64,000 nucleotides of DNA from Syntrophaceae bacterium (GCA_003142535.1 PLMQ01000064.1:188372-252371); one strand, 5' to 3'. Counted from the stretch's first letter, positions 1-8,142 are shown. Program-made: numbers and translations. Notes: generated by a model from the letters alone, not told the origin.

Positions 1-250
1 CGATTTTTATTTGTCCGGGAACATTAGCTAAATTAAACAAAGGTGTTGTCGGAATTGTAAATAATGGGCTGCTGTAGCCAAAGCGTATACCGGATTCGGC
101 CAGGTATTGCGCCTGATTACCCTGATTTAGATAAAGCTCAGTTAATGATGCTGTGGTTAGAAACATGGCCATGGCCGCACCAAGCACGGCCATTATTGTC
201 ATGGTTATAATTAAAGTAATAAGAACACTTCCTTTTTTACTTTTCAGCAT
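1..250 (-). CDS. PilX-N-type minor pilin-like protein, N-terminal part only (gene runs off the left edge)
   Basis: My own reverse-strand translation from the ATG at 250-248 reads MLKSKKGSVLITLIITMTIMAVLGAAMAMFLTTASLTELYLNQGNQAQYLAESGIRFG. GGAGG (256-260) lies 5 nt upstream. The N-terminus is a hydrophobic pilin-like helix without Glu5, and it carries the A-x-x-x-AE-x-G motif seen in PilX/GspK-like minor pilins. It is absent from the ORF track because there is no stop inside the window. Confidence 0.55.
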   Translation of the reverse strand, partial: MLKSKKGSVLITLIITMTIMAVLGAAMAMFLTTASLTELYLNQGNQAQYLAESGIRFGYSSPLFTIPTTPLFNLANVPGQIKI

Positions 251-270
251 AAAAGCCTCCAAAGTATTTA

Positions 271-786
271 TCATCTATTATATGGCCTTATATAAATACG
301 ATCAGTAAACGGGACCGTCACCGTCATTCCCGCCTGAGGAATTAAGACTAAATTAACGCCGATTATCGTAGTGTTGGCATTGTATGCGCCCGCGACGCAG
401 TTATTGTATGCGCCTGCGGCACAGGTGAAATAGGTCAATGTAAACGCGTTGACCTGATCAGTTAAAATACTAGTGTTGCTTAGTAAATTAGAACCATTAA
501 CGGATATTGTATCCGTCACATTATCTATTGCTCTGGTAAATGTTATGGAAGATGCCGTTGCGCCTGTAATGGACCCAACCTTAACCGCGCTTAGCTCTTT
601 TTCCAGGCGCGATATAGCCTGTGTGCTCTTTTGAGCTGTAACTAAATTTCTTGCCGAAAAAAAATAACTATTAGCAATATTCACCATACCCATGCCGACT
701 ATAGCGCCCATTATTCCCAGAAGCACTAATGAAACTACAACTTCAACCAACGTAAAACCATTTTTTTTGTTTTCGCTTCTGAACAT
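271..786 (-). CDS. type IV pilin-like minor pilin
   Basis: The N-terminus MFRSENKKNG/FTLVEVVVSLVLLGIMGAIV has the class III signal G-FTLVE with Glu5 plus a hydrophobic helix. The C-terminal part carries two Cys within an internal 8-codon duplication. Confidence 0.8.
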   Translation of the reverse strand: MFRSENKKNGFTLVEVVVSLVLLGIMGAIVGMGMVNIANSYFFSARNLVTAQKSTQAISRLEKELSAVKVGSITGATASSITFTRAIDNVTDTISVNGSNLLSNTSILTDQVNAFTLTYFTCAAGAYNNCVAGAYNANTTIIGVNLVLIPQAGMTVTVPFTDRIYIRPYNR

Positions 787-794
787 AACACCTC

Positions 795-1265
795 CTATAG
801 GGCAGTTATGAAAATGGTAAACAAGGATGTTACTGTTTCGCCCTTGGTATCGCTTATGGTAACTTGTAATATGTTATGTGTGGCATCACAATTGGTTAGC
901 GGGCCAGCCAGAGTAGTATTATTAATAAAACCATTTTGGACAACAGTATATGCTCCATAGTTGGATGGACTGGTGCTAATTCTCCCTTGAAGAGTTATCA
1001 GGTCAGCGCAACTTGTCGGGCCAGATTTTTGACCAGTAACCGGCGGGAATAGAAAACTATTATCGCTATCCGAAATGATATTTTCCATTACCGCCTGCAG
1101 GCTTGTTGCCTGTTGCAGGTTGAACATAGGTGCAGAGCTTTGCCGAAAATTTGTACCAAAAAAAGGAGCCATCATTGCAATTACTACGGATAGTACAATA
1201 AATGTTATGATTACCTCAATTAACGTAAATCCCTTCTTGGTTAAAATTTTCTTTGCTCTGATCAT
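795..1265 (-). CDS. type IV pilin-like minor pilin
   Basis: MIRAKKILTKKG/FTLIEVIITFIVLSVVIAMM is a prepilin motif. Two Cys (SCADL...NCDAT) fit a pilin disulfide loop. It overlaps the upstream gene by 4 nt. Confidence 0.8.
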   Translation of the reverse strand: MIRAKKILTKKGFTLIEVIITFIVLSVVIAMMAPFFGTNFRQSSAPMFNLQQATSLQAVMENIISDSDNSFLFPPVTGQKSGPTSCADLITLQGRISTSPSNYGAYTVVQNGFINNTTLAGPLTNCDATHNILQVTISDTKGETVTSLFTIFITAL

Positions 1266-1762
1266 TGGATAAACCCCGTATTTCCTGTAATTGTAAAACT
1301 GTTGGTGACGCTTCCTTCTATTACATTGATCGTTATATTACTAGCTCCCGGGTTACCCCACTGGTCAAATCCGGGGTGACCCAACGGGTCAAGGCCGATT
1401 ATTTGATTGGCATTTACTCCTGTTAACGTAACACCGTTGGGGAAATTATGGGTACTACCACTTTCTCCCGGCAATTTTCCGTAGACCGTCACAACATTAC
1501 CTACAGTTTGAATATTAACAAGACTGTATGACGTAGTGCCTGCTCCTATTTGAATACTCCAACGATATGTGTCATCGCCATTTAGTGAAAGTTGTTGAGC
1601 ATAACGTAAATGGGATTTGAACATTTCTGTTTGCGGTATTGATTCGTAAGCTTGTTGGGACATATATCGGCTGATGGCCAGAGTGACAATTATACCCAAT
1701 ATGATTAATACGGCAATTATTTCAATTATAGTGAATCCACGCTCTTTATTTTTTTTATTCAT
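1262..1762 (-). CDS. type IV pilin-like minor pilin (FimT/GspH-like size)
   Basis: MNKKNKERG/FTIIEIIAVLIILGIIVTLAISRY is a prepilin motif. It belongs to an overlapping gene chain with its neighbours. Confidence 0.8.
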   Translation of the reverse strand: MNKKNKERGFTIIEIIAVLIILGIIVTLAISRYMSQQAYESIPQTEMFKSHLRYAQQLSLNGDDTYRWSIQIGAGTTSYSLVNIQTVGNVVTVYGKLPGESGSTHNFPNGVTLTGVNANQIIGLDPLGHPGFDQWGNPGASNITINVIEGSVTNSFTITGNTGFIQ

Positions 1763-2198
1763 GATTCTTTTCCTTCAGGCAATTCCTGCTTTCATATATC
1801 AAATAGACTCCCAACACCCCACCCAATAATATGTAAAAAATGATGGGAATAATTGTTGCCTTGCTTTTAAATATTATCTGCATAATTAAGCCGTTGCCGA
1901 TAATAATTAGCAAATATATTAGCATAATCAGCGGAATCATTCTTAAAAGAATTATCCTCGCACTAACAACAAAAGTTCCCGATAAAATAAACAACAAGCC
2001 CAGGATAATGACTATTTCTGCCTGAAATGTAATCCAAAAAGGCAATGTCGCTTTTTGCTGAATATTGAAGAAGTGGATAAACATATATATTCCAATAGAC
2101 AACTGGGCAAATCCGGCAACAAAAAAAATCAGGGTGCAGATTTTTTTACTTTCGATCTTTTTCTTATCCACCAACAATTTCTTTAATATATTTTTCAT
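1755..2198 (-). CDS. 4-TM membrane protein, paralog of the C-terminal half of 2195-2788
   Basis: Hydrophobic segments. Shared motifs with its neighbour include IIIGNGLIMQIIFKSKA versus IIIINGLMLILSIGKNP and ITFQAEIVII versus ISFQPQVSFA. It overlaps the upstream gene by 4 nt. Confidence 0.6.
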   Translation of the reverse strand: MKNILKKLLVDKKKIESKKICTLIFFVAGFAQLSIGIYMFIHFFNIQQKATLPFWITFQAEIVIILGLLFILSGTFVVSARIILLRMIPLIMLIYLLIIIGNGLIMQIIFKSKATIIPIIFYILLGGVLGVYLIYESRNCLKEKNHE

Positions 2199-2788
2199 TG
2201 TATCTCTTGATTAACCGGCAAATTTTGCAGCATTTTTATAAAAAATACTCCCATAAAAAAACTGGCTCCGACAAGGCCGATCACAGAAATTAAAATTGGA
2301 TTTTTACCTATGGACAAGATTAACATCAATCCGTTAATAATGATTATTTCCAGATAAAGAAATATGGCAATTCTGGCTAATTTAATTGATCGGATGTGAT
2401 CAATTAATAATAAAAATGAAGATATAAATAAGATTACAGCTATAGCAAACGATACTTGTGGCTGAAAGCTGATTATTTTTTGAACAATATGATCATGATA
2501 ATAATTTTTTAATCCCAAATTAATAACTACACCTAATATCAAATATAAAAAACCCATTAAGATAAAATAGAGGGAACATTCTTTAATGGAAGCAAGACCT
2601 TTTAATGCCTTCTCCGGATCAATAGAAAATTTGTAAGGAGACAAAATTAATTTTTTCATCCTAAAACAATAAGTCTCCTGATCCCGTGGTAAATTGGACA
2701 TGACTTGCTCTGTAAAGTTATCTTGCGGACAAACGTTGGGGATAGATTTAATGTTTCTGATTATTTCATCGTATTGTGTATTTTCCAT
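2195..2788 (-). CDS. putative membrane anti-sigma factor (cytoplasmic N-terminal domain plus 4 TM)
   Basis: Located directly downstream of the ECF sigma gene. The N-terminus has the P-x-x-F-T-x-x-VM-x-x-L pattern (CPQDNFTEQVMSNL) common in ECF anti-sigma N-domains. No zinc HxxxCxxC motif was seen. Confidence 0.4.
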   Translation of the reverse strand: MENTQYDEIIRNIKSIPNVCPQDNFTEQVMSNLPRDQETYCFRMKKLILSPYKFSIDPEKALKGLASIKECSLYFILMGFLYLILGVVINLGLKNYYHDHIVQKIISFQPQVSFAIAVILFISSFLLLIDHIRSIKLARIAIFLYLEIIIINGLMLILSIGKNPILISVIGLVGASFFMGVFFIKMLQNLPVNQEIQ

Positions 2789-2896
2789 TATTAACCTTAT
2801 TCTTTCTTACTTTAATATACAAATGTGCAGGGGAAATAGTCACAAAATATTTTTTGCATTTTCTACCTCTGATGCTCTCGTCAAAAGTCCAATAAT

Positions 2897-2979
2897 CGTC
2901 ATACCGGCGAAGGCCGGGAACCAGAACATTGAATAATGACTGGATTCCGGATCACCCGGCATGCTGAACGGCAATGACG
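2897..2979. repeat. palindromic intergenic repeat, copy 1 (second copy at 45790-45860)
   Basis: Sequence cgtcataccggcgaaggccgggaaccag ... ctggattccgg ... cggcaatgacg. It has nested inverted repeats (ccgggaaccag/ctggattccgg and cgtcat/atgacg). The copy at 45790 is near-identical over its first ~28 nt and again at ctggattccgg. Confidence 0.75.
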
Positions 2980-2994
2980 AAAAATCCCCCTCAA

Positions 2995-3017
2995 TCCCCC
3001 TTTATGTAAAGGGGGGA
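2995..3017. repeat. G/C-run hairpin tccccctttatgtaaagggggga
   Basis: 8 bp stem with a short loop, preceded by a half copy (atccccctcaa). It sits between the sigma gene stop and the anti-sigma start. No U-tract on either strand, so I do not call it a terminator. Confidence 0.5.
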
Positions 3018-3048
3018 CTTAAAAATTGAATCCTTTCTGTATCCCTGA

Positions 3049-3588
3049 TTATTCACTCATCAATTGCTTTAATCTCTCCAGACCGCGATATATTGCCATT
3101 TTTACGGCGCTGAGAGATTTGCTGGTAATTTCGGCAATCTCTTCAAAAGATAATCCCTGTTGATATTTCATAATTATCAAAGCTCTCGCCTCGTCATGTA
3201 AATCTAAAAGAGACAATTCAATTTCTTTTAATCCCTCTGCATCAATTAAAATATTCTCCGGTGAGCGGTCTTCGTTTTCAGAATATAAAAAACTCAGCCT
3301 TGCTGTTAATTCATTGCTTCTTAGTTTCTTTAAATGATTGCGGATCAAATTCAGGGATATTGTGTAAAGCCAGGTGAAAAATTTCTTTTGAGGATTAAAA
3401 CGCCAGAGATTTTTATATGCCCTGATAAATGCTTCCTGGGCCAGATCATTGGCGTCTTCGGCGTTTTTAGTCATGCGGAAGGCCAAGCTATAAATTTGAT
3501 TTTTATACTCATCAACCAACAATGCGTAGGCCTGACGGTCTCCTTTCAAAACACTGATAATGATTTCCGCTTCCAGTTGCTGATCCAT
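3049..3588 (-). CDS. ECF-type RNA polymerase sigma-70 family factor
   Basis: 179 aa. Region 2 reads AYALLVDEYKNQIYSLAFRMTKNAEDANDLAQEAFIRAYKNLWRF...FTWLYTISLNLIRNHLKK. Region 4 reads LSFEEIAEITSKSLSAVKMAIYRGLERLKQ. Confidence 0.9.
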   Translation of the reverse strand: MDQQLEAEIIISVLKGDRQAYALLVDEYKNQIYSLAFRMTKNAEDANDLAQEAFIRAYKNLWRFNPQKKFFTWLYTISLNLIRNHLKKLRSNELTARLSFLYSENEDRSPENILIDAEGLKEIELSLLDLHDEARALIIMKYQQGLSFEEIAEITSKSLSAVKMAIYRGLERLKQLMSE

Positions 3589-3762
3589 ATTGTCTTTCTC
3601 TAAAAAACATTTTTCAACTTAAAGCTATACTGTTTCCGAATAATTTGATAATATTCTCCTCGAAGCTGAATATCAAGTAAATTCAAATATTATGACTAGA
3701 TATTTTTGGATAAATGATTATTGAAATAATAAATATTCCCAGCTAAAAAAAATTGAGGTGTT

Positions 3763-4860
3763 ATGCTGAATAATAAAACTGTAGCGGTTGTAGTTCCGGC
3801 TTATAATGAAGAAAAGCAGATTATCCACGTGTTGGAAACAATACCCGCTTTTGTTGACCGGATTATTGTTGTCAATGATTGTTCTAAAGATAACACCGCA
3901 AAGTTGGTTCTGGAGTATATCAGCAGACAGAAACCGACGCATAATATCTGCGACATTAATACAATCAGCCTTCCGGAAAATAAATATAATCGTGCCGAGC
4001 ATATATTAAAAGCAAGCCGCCAGGCAGAGCTGGAAAAATTTATTCCAGCAGAAATAGCCAACGGAAATCCTGAAACCAACAGAGTAATCCTGATTAACAA
4101 TTTAAAAAATGGCGGCGTCGGGGCGGCTATCGCCCGCGGTTACAAGTGGTGTCTGGATAACAATATCGCCTGCACTGCTGTAATGGCCGGCGATGGTCAG
4201 ATGGACCCGGCCGAGTTGGAATCTATTTGCCTGCCCGTTATCAATGAAGGAATTGACTATGTCAAAGGCAACCGGCTGATCCACGGCAGCGCCAGAATGG
4301 TCATACCAAAGACCCGTTTTATCGGCAATTCAGTCTTATCTATTTTAACTAAAATTTCTTCCGGATACTGGCACGTTTCCGACACGCAAACCGGCTACAC
4401 AGCTATTTCCCTCAATGCTTTGAGTGCAATCAGGCTGTATGACATCTACAAGAGATATGGCATGCCTAATGATATGCTGGTTAAACTCAATATTTCTTTT
4501 TGCACAATAAAAGAAGTCAAAATTAAACCTGTGTATAATATCGGTGAGCTTTCCAAAATGAATGTAACCACAGTAATCCCGCGCATCTCCTGGCTACTTT
4601 TTAAATCTTTTTTTAAAAGGCTATGGATTAAATATCTATTTCACGATTTCCATCCGCTTTTTCTGCTTTATCATTTTGCTATAATTTTAGGCATCTTTAC
4701 AATCCCTTACGCTTTTAAAATTATTTCTCTTATTCTGAGCAGCAAAGCCGTTTCTTCGGCAACAATGCTGGCTTTCTTCTTCTTATTTACCAGCAGTTTT
4801 CAATCGCTGTTATTTGCGATGTGGATGGATATTCAGGATAATGAGAGGCTCTATAAATAA
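3763..4860 (+). CDS. GT2 glycosyltransferase, polyprenyl-phosphate-sugar synthase type (GtrB/DPM-like) with two C-terminal TM helices
   Basis: Motifs VAVVVPAYNEE, VVNDCSKDNT and AGDGQMDP (DxD-type). The C-terminus has two hydrophobic helices, as in GtrB. There is a ~50 aa insertion between the DD motif and NGGVGAA. Confidence 0.75.
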   Translation: MLNNKTVAVVVPAYNEEKQIIHVLETIPAFVDRIIVVNDCSKDNTAKLVLEYISRQKPTHNICDINTISLPENKYNRAEHILKASRQAELEKFIPAEIANGNPETNRVILINNLKNGGVGAAIARGYKWCLDNNIACTAVMAGDGQMDPAELESICLPVINEGIDYVKGNRLIHGSARMVIPKTRFIGNSVLSILTKISSGYWHVSDTQTGYTAISLNALSAIRLYDIYKRYGMPNDMLVKLNISFCTIKEVKIKPVYNIGELSKMNVTTVIPRISWLLFKSFFKRLWIKYLFHDFHPLFLLYHFAIILGIFTIPYAFKIISLILSSKAVSSATMLAFFFLFTSSFQSLLFAMWMDIQDNERLYK

Positions 4861-4897
4861 TAACATTTTAACCGAAAATAATATTTGAGAGTAGAAA

Positions 4898-6487
4898 ATG
4901 AAAAATATGCAAAAACTTGGAATTGGGATTGTCGGCGCCGGTAATTGGGGAAAGAATTTAGTCCGCAATTTTTTTGAACTTGGTGTACTGAAAATCATCT
5001 GTGATAAGAATGCTGCATCTCTTAATCAAATGCGCGAGCTGTATCCTACCTGTGATTTTGCTTCTTCTTTAAAAGATTTACTCTCGCGCGATGACATTAA
5101 GGGTATCGCCATTGCTACTCCGGCAGAAACTCATTTTTTAGTTGCCCGTGAAGCTCTATTATCCGGCAAACATGTCTTCGTAGAAAAACCGCTGACTTTA
5201 GCGGAGAAGGAGGCTGAAGAACTAATTGCCACTGCTAAAAAGCATAATCTCGTTTTAATGGTCGGTCATCTGCTGCAATATCACCCTGTTTTTATCAAAT
5301 TGAAGCAACTTGCCGATACGGGAGATTTGGGACGCATTAATTATATCTATTCGCATCGCCTTAACCTTGGTAAAATTCGCCGGGAAGAAAATATTTTATG
5401 GTCTTTCGCCCCGCATGATATTTCGATGATTCTTGCTCTGGCCGGCGAAGAACCGGAAAGCGTTATTGCGACCGGCGGCAATTATCTGCATAAAAAAATT
5501 GCCGATGTCACCACAACTCATCTGGAATTTTCCTCCGGTCTGAAAGCTCATGTATTTGTTTCCTGGCTGCATCCCTTTAAAGATCAGAAGCTGGTGGTTG
5601 TCGGTGATAAAAAAATGGCTGTATTTGACGACACTCTGCCCTGGGAAGAAAAACTTCTTATCTATCCGCACCATGTGAATTGGGAAAACAATGTGCCCGT
5701 TCCGTCTCGTGGTGAGCCGGAAAAAGTTGTAATCCCTTACGCCGAGCCTCTGAAATTGGAATGCGAGCATTTTCTTGATTGTATTGAAAAACGAAAACAA
5801 GCCCGAACTGATGGTGAAGAGGGATTGCGCGTTCTCAAAGTTTTAAATGCTTCCGAGCGTTCTTTGAATAAAAATGGCCTAAGAATTAATTTAAGAAATT
5901 TAACCGCACCGGAAAGCCCTAAAGATAATTGTTTTATCCATCCCACCACTCAAGTGGATGATAATGTGGAAATCGGCACGGGAACTAAGATATGGCATTA
6001 TTCGCATATAATTTCCGGCTCTAAAATTGGCGAAAACTGTTCGATCGGCCAAAACGTCGTTATCGGGCCGGATACGACTATCGGCAAAGGCTGCAAAATT
6101 CAAAATAATGTATCTGTTTACAAAGGCGTAACATTGGAGGATTACGTTTTTTGCGGCCCATCCGCAGTTTTTACGAATGTTATTAATCCCCGTTCTGAAA
6201 TTAAAAGAATGTCGGAAATCAAACCGACTCTGGTTAAAAAAGGCGCGACATTGGGCGCCAATTGTACGATTGTCTGCGGTCACACTATCGGCAGTTACGC
6301 TTTTATCGCGGCAGGCGCGGTAATTACCAAAGATGTCCCTGATTATGCTTTAATGATGGGCAGCCCGGCAAGGCAAAAGGGCTGGATGTGCCGGTGCTGC
6401 AACAAGCTCAACGGTAAATATCACTGCCCGCAATGCGGCAAGAAATATAAGTTGAAAGAGAATAAGCTTTTACAAACAAGCATATAA
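4898..6487 (+). CDS. fusion of a Gfo/Idh/MocA sugar-nucleotide oxidoreductase (WbpB-like), a left-handed beta-helix N-acetyltransferase (WbpD/WlbB-like) and a C-terminal Cys4 ribbon
   Basis: The N-terminus GIGIVGAGNWGKNLVRNF is a Rossmann motif. The C-terminal half has hexapeptide repeats (IGTGTKIWHYSHIISGSKIGENCSIGQNVVIGPDTTIGKGCKIQNNVSV) and ends GSPARQKGWMCRCCNKLNGKYHCPQCGKKY. Confidence 0.75.
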   Translation: MKNMQKLGIGIVGAGNWGKNLVRNFFELGVLKIICDKNAASLNQMRELYPTCDFASSLKDLLSRDDIKGIAIATPAETHFLVAREALLSGKHVFVEKPLTLAEKEAEELIATAKKHNLVLMVGHLLQYHPVFIKLKQLADTGDLGRINYIYSHRLNLGKIRREENILWSFAPHDISMILALAGEEPESVIATGGNYLHKKIADVTTTHLEFSSGLKAHVFVSWLHPFKDQKLVVVGDKKMAVFDDTLPWEEKLLIYPHHVNWENNVPVPSRGEPEKVVIPYAEPLKLECEHFLDCIEKRKQARTDGEEGLRVLKVLNASERSLNKNGLRINLRNLTAPESPKDNCFIHPTTQVDDNVEIGTGTKIWHYSHIISGSKIGENCSIGQNVVIGPDTTIGKGCKIQNNVSVYKGVTLEDYVFCGPSAVFTNVINPRSEIKRMSEIKPTLVKKGATLGANCTIVCGHTIGSYAFIAAGAVITKDVPDYALMMGSPARQKGWMCRCCNKLNGKYHCPQCGKKYKLKENKLLQTSI

Positions 6488-6579
6488 TTATCAAGATTGA
6501 ATGTTGCGTATGCCTTTTCTATATTGACTAATACCTTTTTTTATATGATACTTGACAAAACATATTTCAGCATAAAGGA

Positions 6580-6804
6580 ATGAATTTTATGCATAACGAA
6601 TTTACGGCTATAGTTGAACAAGATGGTGACTGGTTTATCGCTTATAGTCCTGAAATACCGGGGGCAAATGGTCAAGGCATCACAAAAGATGAATGCCTGA
6701 AAAGCCTTTCGGAAGCTATTGACATGATTCTGGAAGACCGGAGAGAAGATGCATTGCGTAGCGTGCCTGCCGACGCGCACCGCGAAATGATTTGCATAGG
6801 ATGA
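6580..6804 (+). CDS. hicB: HicB-family antitoxin (short UPF0150 type, no DNA-binding domain seen)
   Basis: FTAIVEQDGDWFIAYSPEIPGANGQGITKDECLKSLSEAIDMILEDRRE is the typical HicB N-domain pattern. Its stop overlaps the hicA ATG (ATGA at 6801-6804). Confidence 0.75.
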   Translation: MNFMHNEFTAIVEQDGDWFIAYSPEIPGANGQGITKDECLKSLSEAIDMILEDRREDALRSVPADAHREMICIG

Positions 6805-6989
6805 AAAGAAATGAATTGCTCAAGCATCTGCGGCTTAATGGCTGTTATCTGAAACGAGAAGGAAGAGCACATTCCCTTTGGACAAATCCCAATACCGGAA
6901 GAATCGAAGCTGTTCCGCGTCATCAAGAGATATCGGACAAGCTCGCCATCAAAATATGCCGTTCCCTTTCAATACCGGACATAAAATGA
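6801..6989 (+). CDS. hicA: HicA-family mRNA interferase toxin
   Basis: MKRNELLKHLRLNGCYLKREGRAHSLWTNPNTGRIEAVPRHQEISDKLAIKICRSL has the HicA/YcfA pattern (G-x-H, PRH, I-x-x-I). I moved the start to the ATG at 6801; the track begins at the TTG at 6792. Confidence 0.8.
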   Translation: MKRNELLKHLRLNGCYLKREGRAHSLWTNPNTGRIEAVPRHQEISDKLAIKICRSLSIPDIK

Positions 6990-8140
6990 AGCTACTGCTG
7001 ATTACAAGCAGTTTTCCTCAAAATAACCGTATCAGCGGCGTATTCATACCGGATACAATCCATGCCCTAAACAGTTTCGGTGTCTCTGTTCATGTTCTTA
7101 CTCAGAATTGTGATGGACGTGAGTCAATCACCAATGAATTATGGCCCGGATGTTTTGTAACTTACTTTGGCTGGGCAGGCGGAAGCACACCGTTAGTCGA
7201 AATAATGAAGCAAAAAGCAGGGATGTTTTATGCCTTTCAATATTTGATTAAGGCTCTTTTATCCGGCAGACGAATTTGCCGTGTTTGGAAACCGGATATA
7301 ATTTTTGCAGAATGGTTAATTCCCGCGGGCTTCATTGCCCGTATTTTATCCGTGCTGACGGGCACTCCTTATTGTTGTCGCGCTTTAGGCTCTGATATTT
7401 ATACAGCATTATCCGGCAGTTTATTGGGTCCGTTGATTAAAAATGTGGCGCGAAACAGTTCTCTTCTTTTCGCTGATGGTTTTGATCTTTGCCGGAAGAC
7501 ATCGGCCATTGCCCAGGGAAAGGAATGTCATTTTGCGGCCACAGCCAGAAAGTTAGAAAATAAAAAATCCGGGTTTTCGCCTTTTGATGATAAAGGTCTT
7601 TTTACTTTCTGCAGTGTAGGACGCCTGCATCAGGTCAAGGGCTTCAATTTCTTAATCAGGGCATGCTCTATTCTTTTGGGGAAAGGCATAAACTTCCGCT
7701 GTTACATAGTCGGCGATGGAGAAGAAAAAGAAGCTCTCGAAAATTTAATTAAGAGTTCGGCTCTGGAGAAAAAAGTGTTATTAACTGGCCGACTGGAAGA
7801 CGGTGACATTAGCGATTTATTCCGCCATGCAGATTGCATCGTCATTCCATCGCTCAGCGAGAGTATTCCGCTGGTCTTGTCGGAAGCGGTAAATGCTCAA
7901 AAACCACTTATTGTAACAAATGTTGGTGATATGGGTTTTCTTGCTGAAAAATATAATTTAGGATATGTTGTTGAGGCCGGAAACCACCATCTTTTAGCAG
8001 AGGCACTGATTAAAATGGGCAATGTAAAATTGCGAGCCTCTTTTTTCAATAAGCAGCTTTATGACGAGCTATCTTCTATTTTATCTGTTGAAGCCGGAGC
8101 TAAAGTCATCTTTGACAAAATCAGGGGTATGAAAAAATAA
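6986..8140 (+). CDS. GT4 (GT-B fold) glycosyltransferase
   Basis: MKLLLITSSFPQ begins at the ATG at 6986, which overlaps the hicA stop (ATGA). The C-terminus carries the E-x7-E motif SESIPLVLSEAVNAQKPLIVTNVGD. The 36 codons before this in the track ORF overlap hicA and are probably not translated. Confidence 0.8.
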   Translation: MKLLLITSSFPQNNRISGVFIPDTIHALNSFGVSVHVLTQNCDGRESITNELWPGCFVTYFGWAGGSTPLVEIMKQKAGMFYAFQYLIKALLSGRRICRVWKPDIIFAEWLIPAGFIARILSVLTGTPYCCRALGSDIYTALSGSLLGPLIKNVARNSSLLFADGFDLCRKTSAIAQGKECHFAATARKLENKKSGFSPFDDKGLFTFCSVGRLHQVKGFNFLIRACSILLGKGINFRCYIVGDGEEKEALENLIKSSALEKKVLLTGRLEDGDISDLFRHADCIVIPSLSESIPLVLSEAVNAQKPLIVTNVGDMGFLAEKYNLGYVVEAGNHHLLAEALIKMGNVKLRASFFNKQLYDELSSILSVEAGAKVIFDKIRGMKK

Positions 8141-8142
8141 TT

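Noticed and set aside
3718-4284. Minus-strand ORFs (3718-4002, 3801-4100, 4102-4284) and the plus ORF 3806-4009 overlapping the GT2 gene
   Set aside because: None has a motif. The plus-strand frame starting at 3763 carries the complete GT2 signature, and the alternative ORFs have no motif support, so I treat them as chance ORFs.
6878-6985. The 36-codon N-terminal extension of the GT4 track ORF that overlaps hicA
   Set aside because: The extension lies in a different frame over the HicA coding sequence and has no motif. The ATG at 6986 gives a typical GT4 N-terminus (MKLLLITSSFP) and sits on the hicA stop.
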